In this document: piece after piece, positions 29,119-39,202 of the stretch
Layout: every line of letters starts with the position of its first letter
Numbering within the stretch: the stretch's first letter is position 1
Assembly (NCBI GenBank): GCA_949294555.1
Contig: CASFHP010000002.1
Location: 38,087-102,086 of the forward strand
Origin: an uncultured Eubacteriales bacterium
GTDB lineage: Bacteria; Bacillota; Clostridia; TANB77; CAG-508
DNA length: 64,000 nt
Direction of reading: 5' to 3'
Notes under the pieces: generated by a model
The model's database searches: none
What the model saw: only the letters and a program-made list of their open reading frames with translations
Told to the model about the DNA's origin: nothing
Translations under genes and position numbers: made by a program

Positions 29119-29880
29119 ATGACGTTAGGGGAAAGATTATTGGGATATAGAACCAATATTGGAATGAGCCAAGAAAAATTGGCAGAAAAAATAGGAGTAT
29201 CAAGACAAACAATATCTAAATGGGAAACAAATCAAAGCACACCAGACTTTGATAAAATACTACCACTATGTGAAGTATTAGGTATTACAACTGAAGAATT
29301 AATTAAAGGAGAAAAAGAAGTAAAAAATGCAGAACTTGAAGAAATAAAACAGGAAAATGAAAGAACAAAAAAAGGATATATACAAAAAAGAAATAAGAAA
29401 AAAGCAATTGTATTAAGTGTTAGTATTTTCTTATATTGTATAGCAACATTTGCTTTACCTTATATGACAGAAGTGTTAAGATATGAAGATGCTCATGCAG
29501 TAATGATTTGGGCAACTTTATGTACCATTGCAACGGTTATCATTGTATATTTCTTTGTAGCTTATCCAAATACTTATAAAGAAGATAAAGAGAAAAAAGG
29601 AATAAAAGAAGATATTGAAGAAATCAATGATACAATAGAAGAAATTGAAAAGCTAGATGATGGCCGTATAAAGATAGAAGCAGTTGGAGCAGAGAGTAAA
29701 ACAGAGGCATTAGCAATACAAATTGTAGCAACACTATTTTTAATTATATATCTTTTAGTAAGTTTTTTAACAGGGGCTTGGCATATTACTTGGATATTAT
29801 GGATTGTATTTATATTTGTTGAACTAATTATAAAATTGATTTTTAGCATGAAAGGAGAAAAAGAAAATAATGAAAAATAA
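29119..29880 (+). CDS. XRE-family HTH regulator with C-terminal TM domain
   Basis: MSQEKLAEKIGVSRQTISKWE plus four TM segments. Confidence 0.88.
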   Translation: MTLGERLLGYRTNIGMSQEKLAEKIGVSRQTISKWETNQSTPDFDKILPLCEVLGITTEELIKGEKEVKNAELEEIKQENERTKKGYIQKRNKKKAIVLSVSIFLYCIATFALPYMTEVLRYEDAHAVMIWATLCTIATVIIVYFFVAYPNTYKEDKEKKGIKEDIEEINDTIEEIEKLDDGRIKIEAVGAESKTEALAIQIVATLFLIIYLLVSFLTGAWHITWILWIVFIFVELIIKLIFSMKGEKENNEK

Positions 29881-30664
29881 AGGAATTAAAATTACACTTA
29901 TTATAATATTAGCAATAATAGTTATAGCATTAGTTAATTTTATGATTTATGCAATTATAAATAGAAATAATGATTATAGTGTAAATTTCTCTTTAATTGC
30001 TTTTGGTGATAATACAGAAAAAATATTTGAAAAAGAATATGAACCAGAAGAATTAGATAAAATTAATGTGGATGTTTCATCATCAAATGTGCTTATTGAA
30101 AAAGCAGATGTAGATAAAATAAAAGTTACAGCTTATGGAGAGAAAGATGAAAAGATAAATGAAACAATTAATAATCATGAACTTTCAATTACAAAAAGTA
30201 AAACAAAAGTATTTATATTTGCAATGCTTTATTGGTGTGATGAAAAAATAATAATACAAGTTCCAAATGATTGTGATGAAGAATTTAATATACAAACATC
30301 AAGTGGGGATATAGAGGTAGGAACAGTTGAAGAAAGTACAATAAAAACATCATCAGGTAAAATATTAGTAGGAGAAGCAAGAAGACTACAAGCAGAAGCG
30401 TCATCTGGTGAAATAGAAATTAATAGAATAAATGAATATTGTAATTTAACAACAAGTTCTGGAAGTATAGATATAGAAACATTGAATATAACAGAAAATT
30501 CTTCTATTAATGCGAAATCTGGAAATGTTGAGATAAAAAATAAAAATGATATATATATTGAAACAGAAACTAATTCAGGAGATGTAGATGTGAAAAATAA
30601 TAACAGAATGGCTGAAAGCGTATTAAAAATAACTACTACATCTGGAAGTATTAGAATTGATTAA
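29870..30664 (+). CDS. DUF4097-type beta-strand repeat protein
   Basis: N-terminal TM, repeated TSSGxI motifs. Confidence 0.8.
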   Translation: MKNKGIKITLIIILAIIVIALVNFMIYAIINRNNDYSVNFSLIAFGDNTEKIFEKEYEPEELDKINVDVSSSNVLIEKADVDKIKVTAYGEKDEKINETINNHELSITKSKTKVFIFAMLYWCDEKIIIQVPNDCDEEFNIQTSSGDIEVGTVEESTIKTSSGKILVGEARRLQAEASSGEIEINRINEYCNLTTSSGSIDIETLNITENSSINAKSGNVEIKNKNDIYIETETNSGDVDVKNNNRMAESVLKITTTSGSIRID

Positions 30665-30748
30665 TTTTATATAAATTATAGATTATTTTCCTCTTGAATG
30701 ATATACTGTATCAAGAAAGAGGAAATATTTTCTAAAAAGGAGGATGCT

Positions 30749-30964
30749 ATGAAAATAAATAAATGGAAAGTGTTTCAAACTATACAATTATTATTATTTA
30801 TAGGAGTCAGTATATTTCTTCTTGCAAGAAGTGTTGATGGAAGTGGAACAGTAAATACTTGGAATGTAAAATTAGTAAGTTTTGCTGTATGGTTAGGATT
30901 TTATCTTTTGGTATTAGCACTTGAATATGGAATACGATTTTTAACAGTCATAAAGAAAAAATAA
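30749..30964 (+). CDS. Small membrane protein
   Basis: AGGAGG RBS, two TM segments. Confidence 0.65.
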   Translation: MKINKWKVFQTIQLLLFIGVSIFLLARSVDGSGTVNTWNVKLVSFAVWLGFYLLVLALEYGIRFLTVIKKK

Positions 30965-31058
30965 AAAAGTCTTTTTAAATAGTAGAATATGAAAGAAAAC
31001 AAGATGATGAACTAGAATTATAAATCAAGAACATTACAAAAAGAAAGAGGAGAACAAA

Positions 31059-31574
31059 ATGAATATATCAATAGAAGAAGCAACAATTAACGATATAGAT
31101 GAAATTATTAATCTAAAGAAAAAAATTTGGAATGATTTAGAAAATAAAGATTGGTATGTTATAGATGGAACAAACAAAGAATTTCTAATAAAACAATTAG
31201 AAAATGAAGGATTAATATTAAAAGCAATAAATAATAATAAAATTATAGGATTTTTAATAATGGCAAATAATCTAAATAGAGATAGTTTTATTATAAAAAA
31301 ATCACATTTAGAAACAGAATTTGATAAAAGTATAGAATTATCTAATGGAGCAGTAGATGCTGGATATAGAGGAAATAACTTATATGGAAAAATGATAAAG
31401 GAAGCAGAAGATATTATTACAAATAGATATAATATTAAATATATATTGGCAACAGTTCACCCAGAAAATATTGCTAGTTGGAAAAGTTTAATAAATTTAG
31501 GATACAAAATTATCTGTAAATCTAAAATGTATGGTGACTTAGATAGATATATTTTATTAAAAAAATTAATTTGA
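31059..31574 (+). CDS. GNAT N-acetyltransferase
   Basis: VDAGYRGNNL, ATVHPENIAS, LGY. Confidence 0.85.
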   Translation: MNISIEEATINDIDEIINLKKKIWNDLENKDWYVIDGTNKEFLIKQLENEGLILKAINNNKIIGFLIMANNLNRDSFIIKKSHLETEFDKSIELSNGAVDAGYRGNNLYGKMIKEAEDIITNRYNIKYILATVHPENIASWKSLINLGYKIICKSKMYGDLDRYILLKKLI

Positions 31575-32280
31575 AGAAATAGACCAAGAGAAAAAGGAAA
31601 ATATAACAATTTTAGAATCGATAAAAGATATTAAACAAGGCTTTAAATTTATCATAAAATCAGAAAGATTAAAAGCATTATTTCTTTTTACAGCAATATT
31701 TGCAGGTGTTTTATCAATGATTACTACTTATGAAAAAAGTTTATTAACAGATTTGCAAGTAGTACCACAATATTTTGGAATTATATTTGCACTATTAACA
31801 CTTGTTCAATGTTTTTCAGTAGGATATCAAGATAAAATACATAACACTTTAAAAAATAAGACATTAGCTTTTATAGCTATTCCTATATTCATATCCTTTA
31901 TTATGATTGGAATTGTTACGAATTTAAATTTGAATTTTGTTTTAACCATTATAGTTGTTATGATAGCATATTTTATGCATCATTTCTTTAGAGGACCATA
32001 TTGGGTGCTAAAGGAAAGATATATTACAAATTTTACAAATTCAGACAATAGAGCAAAAATCTTATCTGTGAATAATTTTATACAATATATAGGAGAGATT
32101 GTAATAAAGTTTTTAGGAGGATTATTGTTAGAATATTATTCTACGGGTACATCTTACTTAATAGTGGGAGTAGTTGGCTTATTTATTATATTATTTATAC
32201 TAAAATACATGAAAGGTAGAGTAGGGTTAAATCCAGAAGATTATAATGAACAAGATATAGGATATATAGAACACAATTAA
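31573..32280 (+). pseudogene. 5'-truncated MFS transporter (C-terminal half only)
   Basis: Open frame begins mid-protein (EEIDQEKK..IKQGFKFIIKSERLKAL) at the upstream stop codon; no RBS or N-half. Confidence 0.7.
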
Positions 32281-32369
32281 TTTTATAATATAAGTAACGG
32301 CGGAATCTTTAAAATCAATTCCACCGTTACATCTACGATAAACAATATACAATTAGGAGATGTATTTTG

Positions 32370-32804
32370 ATGTTAGAAATAAAAAGTAATAAAGACGAAG
32401 AATTTGATAAAATAATAAGGACCAATTTAAGAAAATTCAATAAAAGCAAATGTCAATGGATGATAGAAAATTTACCTGATATTCCAGAAGATGATTATTA
32501 TAATTTTGCAGTATATGATGATGAAATTTTAATAGGAGGAGCAACAGGCATAATTGAATTTGATTGGTATTTTCTAGAAGAATTATGGATAGATGAAAAA
32601 TATAGAAATCAGCATATTGGAACAATGCTAATAGAAAAAATAGAAGAATTAGCAAAAAACAAAAATCTAACAGGAATAAGAATGGAAACATGGAATTTCC
32701 AAGCAAGAGGATTTTATGAGAAAAACGGATATGAAGTATATGCCGAAATCGAAGATTGTCCTCCAGGTACAATAGAGTATTTCTTAAAGAAAAGACTTAA
32801 ATAA
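32370..32804 (+). CDS. GNAT N-acetyltransferase
   Basis: LWIDEKYRNQHIG, FQARGFYEKNGY. Confidence 0.9.
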   Translation: MLEIKSNKDEEFDKIIRTNLRKFNKSKCQWMIENLPDIPEDDYYNFAVYDDEILIGGATGIIEFDWYFLEELWIDEKYRNQHIGTMLIEKIEELAKNKNLTGIRMETWNFQARGFYEKNGYEVYAEIEDCPPGTIEYFLKKRLK

Positions 32805-32840
32805 AATTTAATTGAAATGAGGGAAATAAGGAGGAAAAAT

Positions 32841-34055
32841 ATGAATATAGGAATAGATATAGATGGAGTCTTAACAAATGATGATGATTGCTTAATAGAT
32901 ACAATAACAAAATATGTATTTGAAAATAATTTAGAAGGATTAAAAAGACCTTATGAATATGAATATGGAAAAGTAAATTGGAATCAAAATATATTAGATA
33001 ATTATAGGGAAAAATATTTTTGGGATTATTGTCAAAATGAACCTGCTAGAAAATATGCAAGTGAAGTAATAAAAAAACTAAAAGATGAAGGAAATAGCAT
33101 ATACATTATAACTTCAAGACATTTTACAATAGAAAATACTAAAGAAGGCGAAAGGTCAAGAAAAATTGTAAAAGATTGGTTAAAGAAAAACAAAATAATA
33201 TATGACGAATTATATTTTTCGCCAGATAAAACAAAGGAAATTGATACATTAAAAATAGATATAATGATAGAGGACAGCCCAGAAACTATACCAACATTTG
33301 TAAAACATACACATATTTTTTGCTATGATTGCAGATATAATAGAGATTTGAAATTAGATAATATGACAAGAGTATTTAGTTGGTATGATATATATTCTAA
33401 AATTAAAGAAATAGAAAACAAAAATAAAATCGTTATATTTGATTGGGGAGGCGTCATAGAAAGTCACAAAGACGGAGAATATTCAGTAGATAAAGCTATC
33501 ATAAATCTTATAAAGCATTTTAATAGTAAAGAAGATGAAAAAACAATAGTAGAAAGATACCATTCTCAATCAGTAGAAGATATAACCTATCATATTTATT
33601 TGGAAAATGATAGATGGTTTGAAAAAATAAAAAAAGAATTTAATTTAGAATGTAATTCAGAGGAATTTTACGATTATTACATAAAAGAATTCGATAAAAT
33701 TGATTATTACAAAGATGTAGTAGAATTTGCTCATAGCTTAAAAGATAAATGTAAAATTGGAATTTTATCAAATCTTGGATCATTAGATAAGCAAAGATTA
33801 GATAAACAAGTCGATTTGAAAGAGTTTAATTATGTATGGCTTTCATTTGAATTAAACTGTCGTAAACCTAAAGAGAAAATTTATGAAATAGTAGAAAAAG
33901 ACTGTAAGATAGAACCTAAAAATATCCTATTTGTTGATGATAGCGAAGAAAATATTGAAGTAGCAAAAAGTAGAGGATGGAATACTTGTTTAGCAACAGG
34001 ACATGAATTAGATAAAATAAAAAATAGTATAAATAAGTTTCTAAATTTGAAATAA
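32841..34055 (+). CDS. Tandem HAD-domain hydrolase (5'-nucleotidase-like plus HAD-IA)
   Basis: IGIDIDGVL..ITSR..IEDS, then IFDWGGV..LSN..KP..FVDD. Confidence 0.82.
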   Translation: MNIGIDIDGVLTNDDDCLIDTITKYVFENNLEGLKRPYEYEYGKVNWNQNILDNYREKYFWDYCQNEPARKYASEVIKKLKDEGNSIYIITSRHFTIENTKEGERSRKIVKDWLKKNKIIYDELYFSPDKTKEIDTLKIDIMIEDSPETIPTFVKHTHIFCYDCRYNRDLKLDNMTRVFSWYDIYSKIKEIENKNKIVIFDWGGVIESHKDGEYSVDKAIINLIKHFNSKEDEKTIVERYHSQSVEDITYHIYLENDRWFEKIKKEFNLECNSEEFYDYYIKEFDKIDYYKDVVEFAHSLKDKCKIGILSNLGSLDKQRLDKQVDLKEFNYVWLSFELNCRKPKEKIYEIVEKDCKIEPKNILFVDDSEENIEVAKSRGWNTCLATGHELDKIKNSINKFLNLK

Positions 34056-34067
34056 ACAGGAGCAAAC

Positions 34068-34125
34068 AATGAAAGTAAAATTATTAGGGACAGGAGCAAT
34101 ATATTCAAAATATGTTTCAGAATGA
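34068..34125 (+). pseudogene. N-terminal stub of an MBL-fold hydrolase
   Basis: RBS plus MKVKLLGTGAIYSKY, then immediate stop; similar to the start of 38235. Confidence 0.6.
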
Positions 34126-34181
34126 GTATATGAAGAATGGGAGAAAAAATATTTATTTAAAAAGTTAGGAGAAAAATAAAT

Positions 34182-34970
34182 ATGAAAGTATTAAGTTATA
34201 ATATTTATGGAATAAAAAATGTTGAAAGCCCAACACCTAGTTGGGAAATAAGGCAAGAAAATTTATATAAAATTATAAACAAGATTTTAATAGATCAAGA
34301 AATTAAAGTATTATGTTTTCAAGAAGTAAATCAAAATAATATGATGTTAATTCAAAAAATATGTGATGAAAATAGTTTTATTATTTTAGAAAAATTTCCA
34401 ATGAAAACTAGAACAATAAATCAATACAATATTGTTGCTATAAAAAATGATAAAGAAATTCATGTAAATAATATTTATTGTTTACCACATGGCAAAGATG
34501 AGGAATATAAGGAGATTAAGGAACAAGTTATAGATTATGGCATGAGTGATTATAGGACAACAGTTTTTGTTTATATTACCTATCAAAATAAAAAATATGT
34601 AATAGGTAATATTCACACAGATTATAAATCATCTGAAGGAAAAATAAAAGGTACAGTTAAATCTTTAGATTATATGGATAAAATTTATGCAGACTATAAG
34701 TTAATTGTAGGAGATATGAATATGGTTTCTCATATGTCTGAAGCAAACGAAATTTTACAACAAAAAAATAATTATACGACTATTTCTAAAAATACTATCG
34801 TGGAAAATTCATATCATGGATATGGTGTAAATGAATCTGTTAATGTAGATTTTGCTTTTGTTGAAAAAAGTAAAATAAATAAGTATGCATATAAAATTAT
34901 AAAACAAGAAAATATGATGAAAGAAGGTTCAGACCATAGACCAGTTGTTATTACAATAAATGAAAACTAA
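34182..34970 (+). CDS. Endonuclease/exonuclease/phosphatase family protein
   Basis: LSYNI, CFQEV, NIH, VGDMN, SDHRPV. Confidence 0.88.
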   Translation: MKVLSYNIYGIKNVESPTPSWEIRQENLYKIINKILIDQEIKVLCFQEVNQNNMMLIQKICDENSFIILEKFPMKTRTINQYNIVAIKNDKEIHVNNIYCLPHGKDEEYKEIKEQVIDYGMSDYRTTVFVYITYQNKKYVIGNIHTDYKSSEGKIKGTVKSLDYMDKIYADYKLIVGDMNMVSHMSEANEILQQKNNYTTISKNTIVENSYHGYGVNESVNVDFAFVEKSKINKYAYKIIKQENMMKEGSDHRPVVITINEN

Positions 34971-34984
34971 ATCTAGAATATCGA

Positions 34985-35155
34985 TCTGATATAGAAGTTG
35001 ATAACCATTTTCGTAAGGTCACGAAAATGGTCCCAATAGACTCAGGAGCAAAAAGAAGATTACAAGACTATATGCTTTACAAGATATTCTTGTTACTTAA
35101 TTGCTCAAAATGGAGATTCTAAAAAAGAAGAAATCGCATTTGCCCAAACATATAA
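34985..35155 (+). pseudogene. Internal fragment of DNA-damage-inducible DinD-like gene
   Basis: NHFRKVTKMV..SGAKR..DYML / [25 protein letters not shown] with an ordinary 1-nt (T) frameshift. Confidence 0.8.
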
Positions 35156-35299
35156 TGTAACGAAAAAAGATATCTATTACTCTTTCTTTTTGTTAAAAAA
35201 TATGGTAAAATATAAGAAAATTTTTTAGAAATTCCGTTCTAAAAAATTAATGGTAACTCGTTAATTTAGTTTAGAAAGCCAATTGACAAGGAGGAAAAG

Positions 35300-35554
35300 A
35301 TGGAAAATATAACATTAGTATCTAGTACAGAAGGAACAATCAAAATAAAGATCAGATGTCTTCGTTTTTCTGAAGAAAAACGAAGATTTATAGAAGAAAG
35401 AGCAATAGTTCGGAATCTTTTTATGCCCCAAATGGGATGGGGAGGATTAGAATGGCCTTTTGTATATGTAAGGGGAGAAGAAGAAGATATAAAAAAATTC
35501 TTTAATGATTTAAAGGAATACTTTTTTTTAAATCCATTCTATGATAAAAACTAG
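35300..35554 (+). CDS. Hypothetical protein (ORFan)
   Basis: AGGAGG RBS; in-frame CGG at 35411. Confidence 0.55.
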   Translation: MENITLVSSTEGTIKIKIRCLRFSEEKRRFIEERAIVRNLFMPQMGWGGLEWPFVYVRGEEEDIKKFFNDLKEYFFLNPFYDKN

Positions 35555-35931
35555 ATTTAATGGTGTATAAGTTAAAGGGTTGCAATTAGCGACCCTTTAA
35601 ATATTTTACAACTCATTATGAAATTAAATGATTTAGATAAAAAATAAATATTAGAAAAAAATTTTGATGGACAAATCTATAAAGATTATAGTATATAAAA
35701 AATAAAGGAGAAGATATTATTGTTAGAAGAAAGTAGTAAAAGAATAGGTGAAAGACAAAAAGAATTGAATCGAAAATTAACAGAAGAGGAAAAAGACAAA
35801 ATATTGGATGATTGCTATAATGAGTATGAATATAGACTATAATTAATATTATAATATAAAGAATAACGGTGGAATCTACAAATTGAATTCCACCGTTTCT
35901 GCCATATTCGTGGCAGATGTTGTTTTGCTTG

Positions 35932-36288
35932 TTAGCTCTGATTTTTAGCAAATCTCTTCATTACTTCATCTTCGGTAAAAGTTCCCTTCACGTCAAAAAT
36001 CCTCCACTTTTCCGTTCCAAGAGCAGAGTAGGCAAGTCCAGGTTCACCCAAGATAATATTGATATCTTCTCCAACTAATGATTTGAAATCCTCAAATTGT
36101 ATGCAGTTTTCCGTATCATAGTACAAACCTAACAACAACAATAAGGACTCAAAATGCTCATTGGTAAAACCAATTGGTAATGTTGCTCCATCATCATGAA
36201 ATCGGATAATAAATCCAAATGTTATCCGATTTTCATTGATGTTAAAAGATACATTTGCATCAACAATCTTAGCTTTCCTAACTTTCAT
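35932..36288 (-). CDS. Hypothetical protein, paralog A of cassette pair
   Basis: TTGCAT-17-TATAAT promoter, AGAAAGGA RBS; similar to 37154-37525. Confidence 0.7.
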   Translation of the reverse strand: MKVRKAKIVDANVSFNINENRITFGFIIRFHDDGATLPIGFTNEHFESLLLLLGLYYDTENCIQFEDFKSLVGEDINIILGEPGLAYSALGTEKWRIFDVKGTFTEDEVMKRFAKNQS

Positions 36289-36441
36289 GTAATTCATCCT
36301 TTCTACATTTTGCAAAACATATATTTCTGTGTTACCGTTAAATTATACCATAATCAACCATATTATGCAAACTGAACAATACTTTATTTTTTATTGCATA
36401 TATGATAGTATATAGATAAATTTAATAATTAGGAGATAATA

Positions 36442-37083
36442 ATGATAAAAAATAATCAAGAATATTGGAATGAAGGATATTGGAAAAGAGTCATAAATAA
36501 TCAAAAAAAATTATTTAAAAGTGAAAATTGGCTAGATAAATATAAAGGAATTATTAATAAAGTTGAAGGCAATAGTGTAGTTGATTTAGGATGTGGGATA
36601 GGTCAAGATACAAAATGGTTAATAAATAATGGTTTTGATGTTATATCTTGTGATATATCAAGCATTGCATTGGAAAAATTAAAAGAATTTATTCCAGAAA
36701 GTAAAACATTACAAATAGATATACGAGAAACATTACCATTTAAAGATAACTCAATTAATTTAGTTAATGCTGATTTATCTATTCATTATTTTAATATGAC
36801 GGATACAATAAAAGTTTTTAATGAGATAAATAGAATATTAATACCAAATGGAATGCTTATAGGGAGAGTAAATTCAGATAAAAATGAAGGATATATAAGA
36901 GAAGAAACAAAAATAATAGAAGATAATTATTATTATGACTTCGAAAAATATTTTAGATTATTTAATAAAGAACAGTTTGATATATTAAGTAAAAATTGGA
37001 AAACAATTGTACTTAATGAAGATGTCATAACAAGAGTAAATAAGAAAAAGGTATTATGGGAATTTATTTTTCAAAAAATATAA
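36442..37083 (+). CDS. Class I SAM-dependent methyltransferase
   Basis: VVDLGCGIG, CDIS, LPFKD, SIHYF, LIPNG. Confidence 0.9.
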   Translation: MIKNNQEYWNEGYWKRVINNQKKLFKSENWLDKYKGIINKVEGNSVVDLGCGIGQDTKWLINNGFDVISCDISSIALEKLKEFIPESKTLQIDIRETLPFKDNSINLVNADLSIHYFNMTDTIKVFNEINRILIPNGMLIGRVNSDKNEGYIREETKIIEDNYYYDFEKYFRLFNKEQFDILSKNWKTIVLNEDVITRVNKKKVLWEFIFQKI

Positions 37084-37153
37084 AAAAACAAGGAGGACTT
37101 TTTGATTTCCTCCCTGTTTCTGCTATAATTTCTAGCAGAGGCTGTTTTGCTTG

Positions 37154-37525
37154 TTAGCTCCGATTTTTACTTGCCAGAATTTCCCGAGTTTCATCTTCGG
37201 TATAGAGCCGCTTTTCTTTGGCATTTACCACCACCCACTTATCAAGGATATATGGATTGGCAAATGCTATTCCAGATTGCTCTCCTGAAAAAACTAAGAC
37301 TTCGTTGTTATCAAGTTCTGATAAGAAACAAGTAGTATTTCGAGGAAAATACAAGTTCAACAGTAGGTACAATGTATCCAAATCTCCTTCATTTTCTTCT
37401 TTGAAGGAAATTCCGAAAGAGGAGTTATCATCATCAAAGTGGACGACAAATCCTAGTTCGAGTTTACCGTTGAGTAGATTTACAATTGTGTAGGTGTCTT
37501 TAATCCGAGCTTTTCTTTTTTCCAT
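37154..37525 (-). CDS. Hypothetical protein, paralog B of cassette pair
   Basis: TTGCGT-17-TATAAT promoter, same leader/RBS as paralog A; four in-frame CGG codons. Confidence 0.7.
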   Translation of the reverse strand: MEKRKARIKDTYTIVNLLNGKLELGFVVHFDDDNSSFGISFKEENEGDLDTLYLLLNLYFPRNTTCFLSELDNNEVLVFSGEQSGIAFANPYILDKWVVVNAKEKRLYTEDETREILASKNRS

Positions 37526-37695
37526 ACAGTTCATCCTTTCTGCATTTTGCAAAACATTTGTTTTTTAGTTACTACTGTTATATTATAGCATATTAAAGCA
37601 TTTTACGCAAATAAAGAAAATATATTTTTACAAATGAACAGATTTATGGTATAATATAATAGCAACAAAAAATTGTGTTTTGAAAGGAGTAAGAT

Positions 37696-37935
37696 ATGGG
37701 TAAACGGAAATATGACAGAATAATAGGATTATTAACAAATATTAATTGTTCAGGAACTCATTATAAAAAATTAGGTTATACTGATATATTAGCAGATATT
37801 GGAGAACCGATTATTTACATTGATGAGAATGGAAACAAGGTTGATACTGGAGAAAAAGTACATACGACAGATTATGATAATTCTGTCCCAGAAGCAACTG
37901 TTGTGAACAACAAGTATGTTTTAATTTGGATTTAA
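37696..37935 (+). CDS. Hypothetical protein (ORFan)
   Basis: AAGGAG RBS, upstream TTTACA..TGGTATAAT; in-frame CGG at codon 4. Confidence 0.55.
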   Translation: MGKRKYDRIIGLLTNINCSGTHYKKLGYTDILADIGEPIIYIDENGNKVDTGEKVHTTDYDNSVPEATVVNNKYVLIWI

Positions 37936-38234
37936 ATTACCCAAAAAGAAGCTCAAAAATAGCAATTTAGATACGACAAAAAAGCAAGGAAGATAATTTC
38001 TAATTAGGATTTTATCTTCCTTGTCTATAATTTAAATTTTATTTATACATTTTAACTGTTCTAGTAGATGTTTTTCTAAAACAATTTACAAGTTACTAAA
38101 TTAATTATAGCATATTTGGGCTAAAATATTTAAAAAATCAAGGGTTTAGAAATTTATAAACAATAAAATTCTTATAGTTTGTAGAATATTTTTAATTCAT
38201 ATGATATACTGCAATTAAAAAAGGAGTTTTAATC

Positions 38235-38642
38235 ATGAAAATACAATTAATTGGAACAGGAACAATACCTGATATTGCAAATAGTGCAAGTGTATTGATA
38301 AATGACCATATATTATTTGATATGCCAAATGGTAATTTAAAAGCAATGATAAGGCAAAATATAGATATAATGAGAATAGATACTTTAATTATATCTCATA
38401 CTCATGCAGACCATTGTTTTGATGTACCATTTTTATTATGGTATAAGAAAGATTATTATAAATCAGGATATAAATTATCTACAAAAATTGTAACAGATGA
38501 ATTTACTAAAGATACAGTAGAAAACTTAATAGACTTATCATATTTTGGTTCTGCAAAAGAAGCAGAAAAAAAGGGAATAAATGCTTGGCATATAAGTAGT
38601 TTTTTAGATTGGCAATGGCTAGAAATTTTAACTATTGCTTGA
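38235..38642 (+). pseudogene. 3'-truncated MBL-fold metallo-hydrolase (RNase Z-like)
   Basis: LIGTG, LFDMPNG, ISHTHADH motif; C-terminal half missing. Confidence 0.7.
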
Positions 38643-38751
38643 TTTCTACAAGTTTTCATGCTAAAATGGTAAGGATACTTATTAATGCCCTTTGAGGTGA
38701 TTCAAACATCTTGGAGGGAAACTCCGAGATGAATATTAAGGAGGAAAAGCT

Positions 38752-39039
38752 ATGTTAATACCAGTATTAGTAGGTAACGATTTTGAGGACAGAGAGTCTG
38801 TAAAGGACCATTATGGCAGATGGATTTGTGAAGGAATGTATGTAAATGAAGTTTCATATATTACCGATTCACAACAACGGCAAGGATGGGTTACAGAAAC
38901 AATGGATGAAAAAGAGGGACAAGGAAAAATCAAGGTTCAAGTTGTACGAGTGGATGGAGAGATTCTAGATGAAGATGATTTCTATGAAACGGACTTTGAA
39001 CCAGGAAGTAACTGGTGTAAAGCATTAGTAGATGGCTAA
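38752..39039 (+). CDS. Hypothetical acidic protein (ORFan)
   Basis: AGGAGG RBS, hairpin leader, downstream hairpin; in-frame CGG at 38878. Confidence 0.6.
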   Translation: MLIPVLVGNDFEDRESVKDHYGRWICEGMYVNEVSYITDSQQRQGWVTETMDEKEGQGKIKVQVVRVDGEILDEDDFYETDFEPGSNWCKALVDG

Positions 39040-39202
39040 ATGTATTTGCTAAAATGAAATGCTCCCAAAATAGATATTGTGTAAATTATTTATGCAATTG
39101 TTTATTTTGGGGGTTTTCTAATAATTATCAAAATTATATTTATTACTGATTATTTAAATGAACATCTTTTTTTAATAAAGAAATAATTTAGGTATAGAAT
39201 AT

